Assembly (NCBI RefSeq): GCF_000012285.1
Contig: NC_007181.1
Span: forward strand, 840,001-872,000
DNA from: Sulfolobus acidocaldarius DSM 639
GTDB lineage: Archaea > Thermoproteota > Thermoprotei_A > Sulfolobales > Sulfolobaceae
Direction: 5' to 3'
DNA: 32,000 nucleotides
Below are positions 18,100 to 27,390 of the stretch, piece by piece (position 1 is the stretch's first letter; the number at the start of each line of letters is the position of its first letter). The translations under genes and the position numbers were made by a program. The notes beneath the pieces are model-generated. The model saw only the letters and a list, made by a program, of their open reading frames with translations, was not told where the DNA came from and did not search any database.

Positions 18100-18350
18100 A
18101 ACTTAAAATTAACCCTCTTAGCATTTTTGGAAAATTCGAGTGATTTCCATTAATTTTAATTATATGGTACTCAGATCAATTCTAAATGAATATTAGTCGA
18201 GATGAGACAATAATTTCTACTTTTTGCATTTTTTCTGATAAAACTTATGTATACTGGTTTTCTTCTGTTTATCTATAAATTAATAAGAGTGAATATAAAA
18301 GGTGATAAAGTAAGACAGATTTTATTAGTAACAAAGGAAGTAATTAGGTT

Positions 18351-18545
18351 ATGGATAGAAAATACACCACGCTACGAGTTATAAAATCTACAGCGTGTAT
18401 GCTAAAGAGGATAAAAGACGAGAAGAACTTATCCTCTATTGACGACACTATCAGATATCTAATAGTTGTGGAAAGGCTTAATATAAGAAATGGTTCAGAC
18501 AAGGAAAAGAGAAAGTTAGATAAAGTATTTAATGGGTGTAATTGA
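18351..18545 (+). CDS. small putative RHH-type DNA-binding protein
   Basis: 64-aa ORF. TTLRVIKSTACMLKRIKDEKNLSSIDDTIRYLI fits a strand-helix-helix pattern. It is isolated in a 640-bp AT-rich spacer. Confidence 0.35.
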   Translation: MDRKYTTLRVIKSTACMLKRIKDEKNLSSIDDTIRYLIVVERLNIRNGSDKEKRKLDKVFNGCN

Positions 18546-18741
18546 AAATAACTTATAAAATGGTTAGCAGATTACCCGCAATTTATTACTAAGGGGCAAT
18601 CTAAAAGAGATTCTTATTTTATTGATTTATGAAGGATTCATTTAAAATTTAAGTTAAAAAAATATTAAAAATTTTACTAGATTATTTTTAATTAATCCTT
18701 TTATACTTAGATTTTTATTGATCTTTATACTCTAATTAATT

Positions 18742-20154
18742 ATGAAAGCTTTTCCTGATAAACCATTAAGTAAACAAGATATTTATGAAATAGCTAAAAC
18801 CTACTCTCGTAATGACAATGAACCATTAAGTGGAAGAATGTGGGGTCATATTTATTCACTGGGATTACCAGAGGACGTAATAGAGGTTTCAATGACCTTA
18901 TATAACCAGTTTATAAACAAGACAATGTTGGACTTCACCGTATATCCTAGCGTACTTAGGTTCGAGAACGATATAATCGCAATGGCTTCTTCTTTACTTG
19001 GAGGTAATGAAGAGACAGTTGGTAACTTCACGTTTGGTGGTACCGAAAGTATAATGGTAGCCACAAAGTCAGCTAGGGATTATTTTTTAAAGAGACACAG
19101 CAGTGTCATTCCTGAAATTTTATTACCGGTCACTGCCCATCCCGCATTCAATAAGGCTTCTGACTATTTAGGTATGAAAGTCACTCCCGTAAAAATAGAC
19201 CCTGAGAGGACTACTGTCGACCTTGAGGACTTAAAGAGCAAGCTAAAAGAAAACACAGCAATGATAGTAGCTTCAGCCCCTAACTATCCGTTCGGAACCA
19301 TAGATGACGTTAAAGCTCTATCTGAGATTGCGCAAGATAAGAAGTTATGGCTACATGTAGATTCTTGTATTGGAGGATTTTTGTTACCTTTTTTACGTGA
19401 CCTAGGAGAACCAATACCCCCTTTTGATTTGTCTTTAGAAGGAGTTACCTCCATATCTGCTGATTTACATAAGTACGGCTATGCCCCCAGAGGAGCCTCA
19501 GTAGTTTTATTTAGAAACTCTTCGTATAGGGAGGGAAGCATATTTGTGATGTCTAGATGGCCTGGCTATCCGATTGTAAATACTTCTGTGCTCTCCACAA
19601 GGTCTGCAGGACCTCTGGCTGCTGCATGGGGAATAATTCATGGGCTGGGAAAAGATGGTTACCGAAAGCTAGCAAATAGAATACTAAACACGCGAATCAA
19701 ATTAACCAATGAACTGCCGAAAATGGGTTATAGAATATTAGGCAAACCATTGGGAGGTATAGTTAGTTTCACATCTGAGGAGTTTAATTTAGCTGAATTA
19801 CCGACACTAATGAAGGGTTGGTTTATACAATATCAGCCGGGTTCAAGAATACTAGGATTTCCCAAGAGTATTCACCTGACTATTGCACCTGGACACGATA
19901 AAGTGGTAGACGAATTCTTAAGAGACTTAGAACGGGCTACCATTGAGCTTAGGGGTAAAAGATTGACCTTGCCGCCTCTACAAGATTTTAATGACCTTCA
20001 AAGCATAGCTAGAGCGTTGGGGATTGAGGAGGGGAAGCTCCCATCGAATCCTACTTTAATTAATGAATTGATGCATGAGATGCCACCTGAGCTAGTAGAA
20101 AATGTTCTAAAATTAGTGATAAATGAATACGTTTTCAGACCATCAAGGTCTTGA
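18742..20154 (+). CDS. group II PLP-dependent decarboxylase (glutamate decarboxylase / sphingosine-1-phosphate-lyase-like)
   Basis: SISADLHKYGYAP contains the PLP-lysine motif (S-x-x-x-H-K). HVDSCIGGF is the conserved Asp region. 470 aa. Confidence 0.8.
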   Translation: MKAFPDKPLSKQDIYEIAKTYSRNDNEPLSGRMWGHIYSLGLPEDVIEVSMTLYNQFINKTMLDFTVYPSVLRFENDIIAMASSLLGGNEETVGNFTFGGTESIMVATKSARDYFLKRHSSVIPEILLPVTAHPAFNKASDYLGMKVTPVKIDPERTTVDLEDLKSKLKENTAMIVASAPNYPFGTIDDVKALSEIAQDKKLWLHVDSCIGGFLLPFLRDLGEPIPPFDLSLEGVTSISADLHKYGYAPRGASVVLFRNSSYREGSIFVMSRWPGYPIVNTSVLSTRSAGPLAAAWGIIHGLGKDGYRKLANRILNTRIKLTNELPKMGYRILGKPLGGIVSFTSEEFNLAELPTLMKGWFIQYQPGSRILGFPKSIHLTIAPGHDKVVDEFLRDLERATIELRGKRLTLPPLQDFNDLQSIARALGIEEGKLPSNPTLINELMHEMPPELVENVLKLVINEYVFRPSRS

Positions 20155-21657
20155 GTTAAGCGATCTATAGGTTTTTTTGAGCCTTTTGTAAACATTTATA
20201 AACTCTCTGAATTTTTTGTTAAGCCTCAGGGAGTTGTTTGAGTCAGGCATGAACACTTTATCGATTTCAAACTTTGAGCAAGCTTCTTCAAAACTATTAT
20301 AAACACCTAGTCCTACTGAAGCTATTGCCCCTAATCCCCTTAACCCCGTCAGTTCAGGTCTCTTAACTCTTTTTACCGGTAGCCCTATGGAATCGGCTAC
20401 TATCTGACACCACGAATCAAAAAGTGCTCCACCGCCAACAATATTCACCTCTTTAACGTCTTTAGCTACAAGGGGAAACACCCACTTTATGTTTAATGCT
20501 ACACCCTCCATAACTGCCCTCAATATTTCTGCTTTACTTGACTCTAAAGAGATATTCAGGATTCCACCCCTTACTGTAGGGTCGTCGATGGGAGATCTCT
20601 CGCCATAAAGCCACGGTAGGAATAGAAGACTCGTTTTATCAATACTTTTTACTAACTTCTCAACCTCCTCATAGTTCCTTTCCATCCCTAAAAGTCTCAT
20701 TACCCATTCAATTGCCCCACCTGCAACTTCCTGTTCTGCTACATATAGATATTTTCCCGGTATAGCACTCAATATACTACCCACGTAGTGGAATACATCG
20801 ACTTTTCTTTTAGAAATATGTGATGCCACCCAGTCGCTGGTGCCGATGTATATATGTGGTTCTCCTTCCTTTACGGCTCCAGAACCAACAGCTGATGCGG
20901 TAAGGTCTCCTGCTCCCACAAATACTGGTATTTCCCCGAATAACTTAGCTACTTCCCCTTTTACATATCCTGCAATATCTGTAGATTTCTTGATCTCAGG
21001 TAATAGGTTTCTGTCTATTTTGTAGTCCCTTAAAATCTCATCTGACCATATAGCCCTTGCAGTTCTGGTATCAGCCAACCAGGAGAGACTTGCCTCATCA
21101 TGACTTGTGACGAAAACGCCAGAAGCTTTACTAATTAGAAAGCCCTTAATGTCTAATAGCTTATATGTCTTTGAGAAGATGTCCCTTTCGTTTTGAGCTA
21201 TCCAGATAATCTTTGATATAACATCCTTTCCTGTCTTACTGGGTGCACCACCTGTAATCCTGAGGAATTTTAACAGCTTAAGTATAGAGTATCCTTGAAG
21301 CTTAATTACACCTTTCCACAAATCTTCAGGCAGTCCTGATGCCCTCTCATCCAACCAAATTATGGCATTTCTCAGTGGTTCTCCACTTGCATCAACAGGA
21401 ATAACTCCGGCCATATGGGCATCGAAAACTAACCCACTTATGGTAAATTTGAAGTCCTCTAGAGCAGTTCTACCTAAATCCACTATTGTTTCCCACAGTT
21501 TGTTAGCATCTTGTTCCGCCCAGCCCTTTTTGGGATAGTTTACTATTGATTTAGTCGAAACCAATTTTCTTACTTCAAAGTCTTTAAGCGAGATTATTCC
21601 ACATTTTGTTGATGTAGTTCCTACATCGAAGGCTATAACGTACTTATCTTCGCTCAT
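20143..21657 (-). CDS. FGGY-family carbohydrate kinase (xylulokinase/glycerol-kinase-like)
   Basis: N-terminal FDVGTTSTKCGI phosphate-1 motif, GAGDLTASAVGSG, and a C-terminal VGGGALFD motif. It overlaps the upstream MFS gene by 14 nt. Confidence 0.85.
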   Translation of the reverse strand: MSEDKYVIAFDVGTTSTKCGIISLKDFEVRKLVSTKSIVNYPKKGWAEQDANKLWETIVDLGRTALEDFKFTISGLVFDAHMAGVIPVDASGEPLRNAIIWLDERASGLPEDLWKGVIKLQGYSILKLLKFLRITGGAPSKTGKDVISKIIWIAQNERDIFSKTYKLLDIKGFLISKASGVFVTSHDEASLSWLADTRTARAIWSDEILRDYKIDRNLLPEIKKSTDIAGYVKGEVAKLFGEIPVFVGAGDLTASAVGSGAVKEGEPHIYIGTSDWVASHISKRKVDVFHYVGSILSAIPGKYLYVAEQEVAGGAIEWVMRLLGMERNYEEVEKLVKSIDKTSLLFLPWLYGERSPIDDPTVRGGILNISLESSKAEILRAVMEGVALNIKWVFPLVAKDVKEVNIVGGGALFDSWCQIVADSIGLPVKRVKRPELTGLRGLGAIASVGLGVYNSFEEACSKFEIDKVFMPDSNNSLRLNKKFREFINVYKRLKKTYRSLNSRP

Positions 21658-22849
21658 TTTTTGCCCTCCCCTCTCTTAGGAATAAACTTAGCACAAGTGA
21701 AACTACATCTAATATAATGACTAAGATCATTGATGGAAGGAAAGGATTATTTGGATATAATACAGGATTTTCTAATGACCCCATAACGGGTATAAGTAAG
21801 ACTGCCCCTCCTTGCGCTATTAACCATAGAATACTTTGAATTGTTCCAGTCATGTTTGGCTCTACTAGTTGTGCAGAGTAATCTAGACCGATAGGCAATG
21901 CTGATACTAGGAAAAATCCCAGGAGGAAAGTGGAAACACTCAATATGATGAAATCATTCGAAACTGTTATGAAGTATAGCATTATAGCTGAGATACCAAA
22001 GTCTAAAAGGAAGAACATCTTTTTTCTCTGTAGTTTATCTGATAAAAATGGAATGACTATTGAACCGAATATTCCACCAATAAGTATCAGTCCAGCTATA
22101 ACTCCACTGTCGGTTACGCTTATCCCTCTTGGTTCTAGTATACTCTCGATCCAGGTCAGAATACCTGTGAAAAAGCCTATCCCTATGAAGAAAAGCACAT
22201 TAAGAATTATGAAGTCCGTAGATTTTAAGACTCCTTTTACCACACCAAATGAAATCATGTTGGATTCTGTGGAACTCACTTTCTTTTCCTTTGCTACAAC
22301 CGTGAATATGATAAGACTTAAGACAGATATGGCTGAGTAAACTATAAGCATTGTCTGAAATTCAGAAAAATTGGTATCTGGAACCAGCATCGGAGTGAAA
22401 ATTAGAGCTGACATTAAACCCAGAAATTGCCCTATAACAGCTAAACCCGTGGCTAAACCTCTCTCTTTATCCTCAAACCACTCAATAACCATTTTTGAGA
22501 TGGAAGTATAAACGAAAGGTTGACCTACTCCTGCAAGTGACTGAAAAATTAATAAGAGTGTAAAGTTTTCTCCTGAGAATATTCTCGCCACTGAAAACAC
22601 AGCCATAATTAGTGCTCCAAGGGAAACGGCATATTTGAAGCCTTTTTTATCGGTTATTATTCCAGCAGGTATAGAAAGGGGAATGAAAATTAGAGGCCAA
22701 ATTGCAGATAGTAAGCCTATGTCTTCTGCAGGAACATTATACAAGTCGGTCATTATTGGTGTGGTGATTGATGCGAAGTTTAACCAAAGTAGTTGTGATA
22801 TGGCTGCAACGAACATATATGAGCTTAATACCGCCCACTTGTAATTCAT
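21644..22849 (-). CDS. MFS transporter
   Basis: 401 aa, about 12 hydrophobic segments. The motif A-like GIITDKKGFKY and second-half LSDKLQRKKMF are basic loops. Co-transcribed with the FGGY kinase. Confidence 0.8.
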   Translation of the reverse strand: MNYKWAVLSSYMFVAAISQLLWLNFASITTPIMTDLYNVPAEDIGLLSAIWPLIFIPLSIPAGIITDKKGFKYAVSLGALIMAVFSVARIFSGENFTLLLIFQSLAGVGQPFVYTSISKMVIEWFEDKERGLATGLAVIGQFLGLMSALIFTPMLVPDTNFSEFQTMLIVYSAISVLSLIIFTVVAKEKKVSSTESNMISFGVVKGVLKSTDFIILNVLFFIGIGFFTGILTWIESILEPRGISVTDSGVIAGLILIGGIFGSIVIPFLSDKLQRKKMFFLLDFGISAIMLYFITVSNDFIILSVSTFLLGFFLVSALPIGLDYSAQLVEPNMTGTIQSILWLIAQGGAVLLIPVMGSLENPVLYPNNPFLPSMILVIILDVVSLVLSLFLREGRAKNERR

Positions 22850-23454
22850 TACTATCTATTAAATTTGTAGATATGTATTTTTTATATTTACTTATTATGT
22901 TAGGTTAAGGAGAAATAATTATTAAAAGTAATATTGAACCATAATATTATTTCAAAAATCCAGCTTTTTCAGTCTCAAGAGAAAGGTTCATTACGCAAGA
23001 AATTTAGTAGGTTTTCTCTATGCTTTTATTGAACGCTATTGAAATAAGGTTTTCTTCTCATATTTTTACTTTTGCGTGTATTTCTTTTAGTGTTCGAATT
23101 TATATCATGTTCGACGCAAAATTGCAAAATTTTAAACTAAAATTTACTATATCAACATTATATATTTAAATGATTTATATTCTCTATTATACATCACTCT
23201 CAATCTTTAGTAAAAAATACCTTTAAAAAGAACGTTGATTCATAATCAGAAATAGCGAACTTTATGTATACATTTTGATAATCTATAACAGTCACTATGA
23301 ATGGTAAGTAAACACCTTAGAAACTGGGTAGAAAAGGATATTTTTAAAATAAATTTAGCAAGTTAAAGATACTTTATTTGTACCAAAATATGGTCAAATT
23401 AGACTTTTAACTCATGTGTAGGATAGAAATAAAACCGCATAATCTTTAGAATGT

Positions 23455-23491
23455 GAGGAAAACCTCGTCATTTATGGCGAGGAGGAAGTCA
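23455..23491 (+). repeat. intergenic hairpin motif, copy B
   Basis: GAGGAAAACCTCGTC-ATTTAT-GGCGAGGAGGAAGTCA. The 7-bp stem CCTCGTC (23463-23469) / GGCGAGG (23476-23482) has one G-U pair. Relative to copy A it carries compensatory changes (A-T to G-C, C-G to U-G). Confidence 0.6.
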
Positions 23492-23588
23492 GCTCTTTAA
23501 AGGATATGTGAAATCTTTAGTCAAGGGTTAAAGTCTGGGCGTTTAATACAAAAAATCTTTTTAATTGGTGTAGAAAGCTTTACGCTGT

Positions 23589-24455
23589 CTAGGGTTGTGC
23601 GGTAACCTGAATATCTATGCTGTCTCCATTGGCAAGTAGTAATCTCACGGTGTAAAGTGAGTTGGGGATCAAGTTTAAAGATAGGTTGTTAAAGTCTATT
23701 GTTATATTATTAAATCCATGTTTTAAATAATTAGGCGTTATAGAAGTAGAGATGTAATTTGTGCCTACTATTTGAGCTTGAGTGATGTAAACGTCACTGT
23801 CAGAGTACAGTGATATGGTTAAAATACCATTTCCTCTAATTATTCCGCTTCCCAATGAACTTACCTTTACAGTCTTTTTAGCACTATTTAGTTCTCTAAT
23901 CACTTTATTTACTCCGATATAGCTCAGTGCGTATCCAATTACCTGAGTGATCAAGAAAGGCAATGCGACTAATATACCAGCGTTTTTAAGTGATCCCTCG
24001 TTGAATGTTTCCCCGGTTCTGTAGAATGATATACCAAGAATAATTTGACCTATTACAAATATAATATCCCCAAAGAGATTTACTGGTAAGGCGTAAACTA
24101 CTGCCCCGATAATCATGATTATCGTTCCAACTTTACCCAAATCAGAGTAGTTTGTCTTAATCTTTTCATTTAAATATCCAGTTAAAATTAAGATTGATCC
24201 TATTATGGCAATTACTGTAACGATTATAGGTATCGCATGAATAAGTGGTGTATTTAACTGTTTAAGGAGCTCTTGTTGTAACTGTGATTGATTTAAACCA
24301 CTAACACCATTACTCGTGTTGATATATTTTGCTACTGTGTTAAACGCTGTATATAACACTACTATTATCGAAACTATAAACAGAATCGATGATAACTCCA
24401 AAAAGAGTGATCCTATCTTGATTCTACCAAGAGCACTAGAGTTAGACTTCATCAT
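23589..24455 (-). CDS. polytopic membrane protein with C-terminal beta-rich soluble domain
   Basis: 288 aa with about 5 hydrophobic segments. The C-terminal ~95 aa (GILTISLYSDSDVYITQAQIVG...YTVRLLLANGDSIDIQVTA) are beta-like. It has its own TATA-like TTTTTAAAA about 25 nt upstream of the ATG. Possibly the archaeal DUF973 type (memory only). Confidence 0.6.
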   Translation of the reverse strand: MMKSNSSALGRIKIGSLFLELSSILFIVSIIVVLYTAFNTVAKYINTSNGVSGLNQSQLQQELLKQLNTPLIHAIPIIVTVIAIIGSILILTGYLNEKIKTNYSDLGKVGTIIMIIGAVVYALPVNLFGDIIFVIGQIILGISFYRTGETFNEGSLKNAGILVALPFLITQVIGYALSYIGVNKVIRELNSAKKTVKVSSLGSGIIRGNGILTISLYSDSDVYITQAQIVGTNYISTSITPNYLKHGFNNITIDFNNLSLNLIPNSLYTVRLLLANGDSIDIQVTAQP

Positions 24456-24687
24456 TTACTTACTGAATTACTAGTTTTAAAAACTTTTCCTTAATCCATA
24501 AAAAAATTGAGTGAAGTACAGATTACAGTCCTATTAATATTTATCTGACATAATTTAACTTACTTATACTTAACTACATTGAATCATCTCGAGCTACAAA
24601 ATTTGATTGTAATTACATCAACGAGCACTAAAATGACCTAAATTAAAGGACTTTCTAGCTTGTATTAAGATAAAATTATATGTTTGA

Positions 24688-26400
24688 TTAACGTAAAATA
24701 GACCTGACCCTCAATATTTCCCTGAAGTCCCTGTAGCCATAGGCAATTCTACTGTTGAAACCTCTGTTGGGGATAACCATTTCAGTGATTTTCGCTATCA
24801 AGGAGTAGATTCTCCCCTTTTCTCCAATTACTGTTATATCCTTATGTTCTCTGTGAGTTATTTTTAATGGAGGTTCAAATAGTACAATCTGGGTTAGTTG
24901 GATGGGTAGTAATGAGTAACCCGCCTTATCGATACCGTTTATTTTGGAAAATTCGTTATCCCTAGTGTGAAATATGGCGAAACTCATTGGATCAGAGGTG
25001 ATAAATGGGAGAATTGCTATTATTTTACCTTCCAGTAAATGGTTTAAGCCAAGAACATTTATACCTCTATCTACTTGGGGAGTTCCCTCAAAAGAAAGGT
25101 CTATCCTCTTATTTCTCATTAGGTTGTTAATGTAAATAAGTAGTGAGAAGATTAAGGCTACTGTCTCATGCACTTTTCTAGTTCTAAGCTGTTCAATATG
25201 CTCAAGTAATATATTGACATTCTCGTTATAAGAGGTAGAAATAAAATTGACAAGAGAATTTAGGGGAATAAACTTCGATATCTCCTCTATTCCTTCTTTG
25301 CCTGTCTCAAATGTATTTTCAATACTCTTATCTATACCACTTGTGCCATAGTATGACTTCAATAACTCTTTTTCATAAAACCAAAATATTGATCTGTACA
25401 TTCTAGAAAACAACTTTACATCTAAATTTGAAAGGAGGAAGTGTAGTTCATCAAAGGTATTTTGTATTATCTCCTCAGGATTTATTTTAGTGAAGATTAC
25501 ATCCCCTTGCCTAAATGTCAAGTTACTAGATTCTAAATTAACGTAGTCAGACTCATAATTGTTGGGATTCATTAACAACCTTAATGATTCTCTCAAACGT
25601 AATTTTGGCTTCTTAGTCTCAGCCTCAGAAAGTAATGAATCTACATAAAGTTTAACTATACTGTTAGGCAAATTATCTAAAAATTCTTTATTAACATAAT
25701 AATCATGACGAATATATCCCTTGAGGTTTTCCCCAGGTAACAGATGTACATTGGCGAAGTAGCTAGTCTCGTTGTTTTTTGAACTATCATTCACTCCGAT
25801 CCTTAATATCTCCACATCGGTAAGCATAGTGGGAATAGGCAAAAAACCAAAATCAGGGTTATATCCGTAAATTAATTTATAGTCGTCAACCTCTGGAACT
25901 ACAAAGAGATACTTATCAACTTGCTCTTGTAAAATTTCCTTTATTCCCCTTTGAAGATCCAAGTTAAAGCGAGGAAGTTCATAATCATTAAGATAGTATT
26001 TTTTGCTTTCCTCCATTGGATGGCGTGTCAAAAAGATTGAAAGTAAACACTCACTGTTTGAATTGAAGAGGGGTGAAGTCATAAGTGTTGTGTTAGGAAT
26101 TATGTCTATGCGGAACTTGAGAGAGAATACTCTGTTGTCCTTAACCCTACGACATTTCACACTGATTATATGTGTTTTAATGTTGGGGTTAAGAGGTGCT
26201 CCTAACACTTCTGCAAATCTATTGTCCCCTACCTGAGCCTCTACTTTCTTTTTTCCCTCAGTAATGTCAAATATTTGCACACTGTTTACTGTAAAAGGTA
26301 GAATCAGTTTATAGTATTGCATACGTGTAAGTGAAGGGCAGAATTCAAGTTTTGAGGTGTAATTAAAAACTGTGTAATATCCCCTTTCACATATATTCAT
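24688..26400 (-). CDS. large hypothetical protein (~570 aa)
   Basis: Long uninterrupted ORF. I prefer ATG at 26400 (MNICERGYY...) over the TTG at 26424. No catalytic motif confidently recognised. Confidence 0.65.
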   Translation of the reverse strand: MNICERGYYTVFNYTSKLEFCPSLTRMQYYKLILPFTVNSVQIFDITEGKKKVEAQVGDNRFAEVLGAPLNPNIKTHIISVKCRRVKDNRVFSLKFRIDIIPNTTLMTSPLFNSNSECLLSIFLTRHPMEESKKYYLNDYELPRFNLDLQRGIKEILQEQVDKYLFVVPEVDDYKLIYGYNPDFGFLPIPTMLTDVEILRIGVNDSSKNNETSYFANVHLLPGENLKGYIRHDYYVNKEFLDNLPNSIVKLYVDSLLSEAETKKPKLRLRESLRLLMNPNNYESDYVNLESSNLTFRQGDVIFTKINPEEIIQNTFDELHFLLSNLDVKLFSRMYRSIFWFYEKELLKSYYGTSGIDKSIENTFETGKEGIEEISKFIPLNSLVNFISTSYNENVNILLEHIEQLRTRKVHETVALIFSLLIYINNLMRNKRIDLSFEGTPQVDRGINVLGLNHLLEGKIIAILPFITSDPMSFAIFHTRDNEFSKINGIDKAGYSLLPIQLTQIVLFEPPLKITHREHKDITVIGEKGRIYSLIAKITEMVIPNRGFNSRIAYGYRDFREILRVRSILR

Positions 26401-26401
26401 C

Positions 26402-26515
26402 TCAGTCCTCTCGAGATGATACAAACTGCTTTAACGACCTTATCTCAGACCTCTTATAGCTGTTTAAGTCTAACATCCTCTTTTTCACTCTTATAGTTTC
26501 AGTTTTTAACTCCAT
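26402..26515 (-). CDS. possible 37-aa basic leader peptide, not in ORF track
   Basis: MELKTETIRVKKRMLDLNSYKRSEIRSLKQFVSSRED. Its TGA is 1 nt from the ATG of the large ORF (TGAgATG). A TATA-like TTTTTTTAAAAG lies about 20-30 nt upstream of its ATG. Confidence 0.25.
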   Translation of the reverse strand: MELKTETIRVKKRMLDLNSYKRSEIRSLKQFVSSRED

Positions 26516-26533
26516 ATGTTACATAATAGTTCA

Positions 26534-26551
26534 CTTTTAAAAAAAGATTTC
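26534..26551 (-). promoter_or_regulatory. BRE/TATA-like promoter for the leader-ORF/large-ORF transcript
   Basis: On the minus strand, GAAATCTTTTTTTAAAAG ends 18 nt before ATG 26515. The GAAATCTT prefix also precedes the TATA boxes at 17209 and 27374. Confidence 0.4.
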
Positions 26552-26586
26552 GACAAGAAATTTTGTAATAAAAACTTCATTAAAAC

Positions 26587-27168
26587 TTACGTTAGATTTA
26601 AAAACTTCATAAAGTTTAAATACCTATCACTAGTAGATTTTTCTACATCTATTACGGTGCCAGATAGTACAGAAACCTTACCTGGTAAGTTATCTCTCGC
26701 TAGGTTAAGAAATATTATCGCATCATTCTCGCTGTTAATATGAACAGTATTAAATTTATCGGCGTAATCTATGAAAACTTTTACATAAAATAAACTATCA
26801 CCTATATCGTGAGGATATGAAATTTTTAGTATCTTCATGTTCCTCAAAACTAATGTCAGACTATTCACTTTTGACTTCCTAAAGAGCAAGTTTGCGTAGA
26901 CGGGCTCTGTATTCAATAAGGTTATCAGGTTTCTAAAGTTGGAATTTTCAAGAAAAGATATATCTTCTATTAGCTCTAAACTGGCTTCCAAGTGGTCTGT
27001 TTTTATCGAAATTTCATTCACCTTATTCAGAGTTCTATCTACGTGAAATTTCAGTATCTTTACAGGTAGAAATGGTTCTAAAATCTCACACTCTGTTAAG
27101 TCATATATAGTGTCGTCATCAAAAGCGTAATACTTACAATCTTTAATAATATCATGAAATTTCCTCAT
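26587..27168 (-). CDS. hypothetical protein
   Basis: 193-aa ORF. A TATA-like TTTTATATG lies about 27 nt upstream of the ATG. Divergent from the CARF gene. No motif recognised. Confidence 0.55.
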   Translation of the reverse strand: MRKFHDIIKDCKYYAFDDDTIYDLTECEILEPFLPVKILKFHVDRTLNKVNEISIKTDHLEASLELIEDISFLENSNFRNLITLLNTEPVYANLLFRKSKVNSLTLVLRNMKILKISYPHDIGDSLFYVKVFIDYADKFNTVHINSENDAIIFLNLARDNLPGKVSVLSGTVIDVEKSTSDRYLNFMKFLNLT

Positions 27169-27261
27169 TACTTTACTAATTACGCGATTTACATATAAAA
27201 TTCTAATTTATGATTAAGTTTCGAGCAGAGAATATATTTGACAGGACAGGCTCATATAACA

Positions 27262-27297
27262 AGGAGAGCCTCGCCATTCATTGCCTAGAGGAAGTCA
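27262..27297 (+). repeat. intergenic hairpin motif, copy C (degenerate stem)
   Basis: AGGAGAGCCTCGCC-ATTCATTGCCTA-GAGGAAGTCA. It shares CCTCGCC and the exact 10-mer GAGGAAGTCA at the same spacing, but only about 4 bp of stem survive. It sits in the divergent promoter region between the 193-aa gene and crn1. Confidence 0.5.
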
Positions 27298-27373
27298 GAT
27301 TAAATGTTATATACTCCTTAAATTCCATTTATGACGTTTATATCGTATTTTAGATTCGTAAGACGTGGTATCC

Positions 27374-27390
27374 AGAAATCTTAATAAATG
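27374..27390 (+). promoter_or_regulatory. BRE/TATA-like promoter of CARF gene
   Basis: AGAAATCTTAATAAATG. The TATA core is about 24 nt upstream of ATG 27412, consistent with a leaderless mRNA. Confidence 0.45.

Noticed and set aside
20143-20154. 12-nt convergent overlap of the PLP decarboxylase and FGGY kinase 3' ends
   Set aside because: Short convergent overlaps are common in compact archaeal genomes. Nothing suggests more than shared termination space.
22850-23588. Replication origin (ORB/mini-ORB boxes) in the 739-bp gene desert
   Set aside because: No GTTCCAGTGGAAAC-like ORB element, no adjacent cdc6/orc1 or whiP gene, and no symmetric ORB pair around an AT-rich unwinding element were seen.
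25168-25185. R-x4-H (RTRKVH, residues 414-419 in ORF-track numbering) in the ~570-aa protein as a possible HEPN RNase motif next to the CARF gene
   Set aside because: A single short pattern is expected by chance in a protein of this size. It lacks the usual polar residue after Arg and any recognisable four-helix context by eye. It is worth testing by profile search but is not enough for a call.
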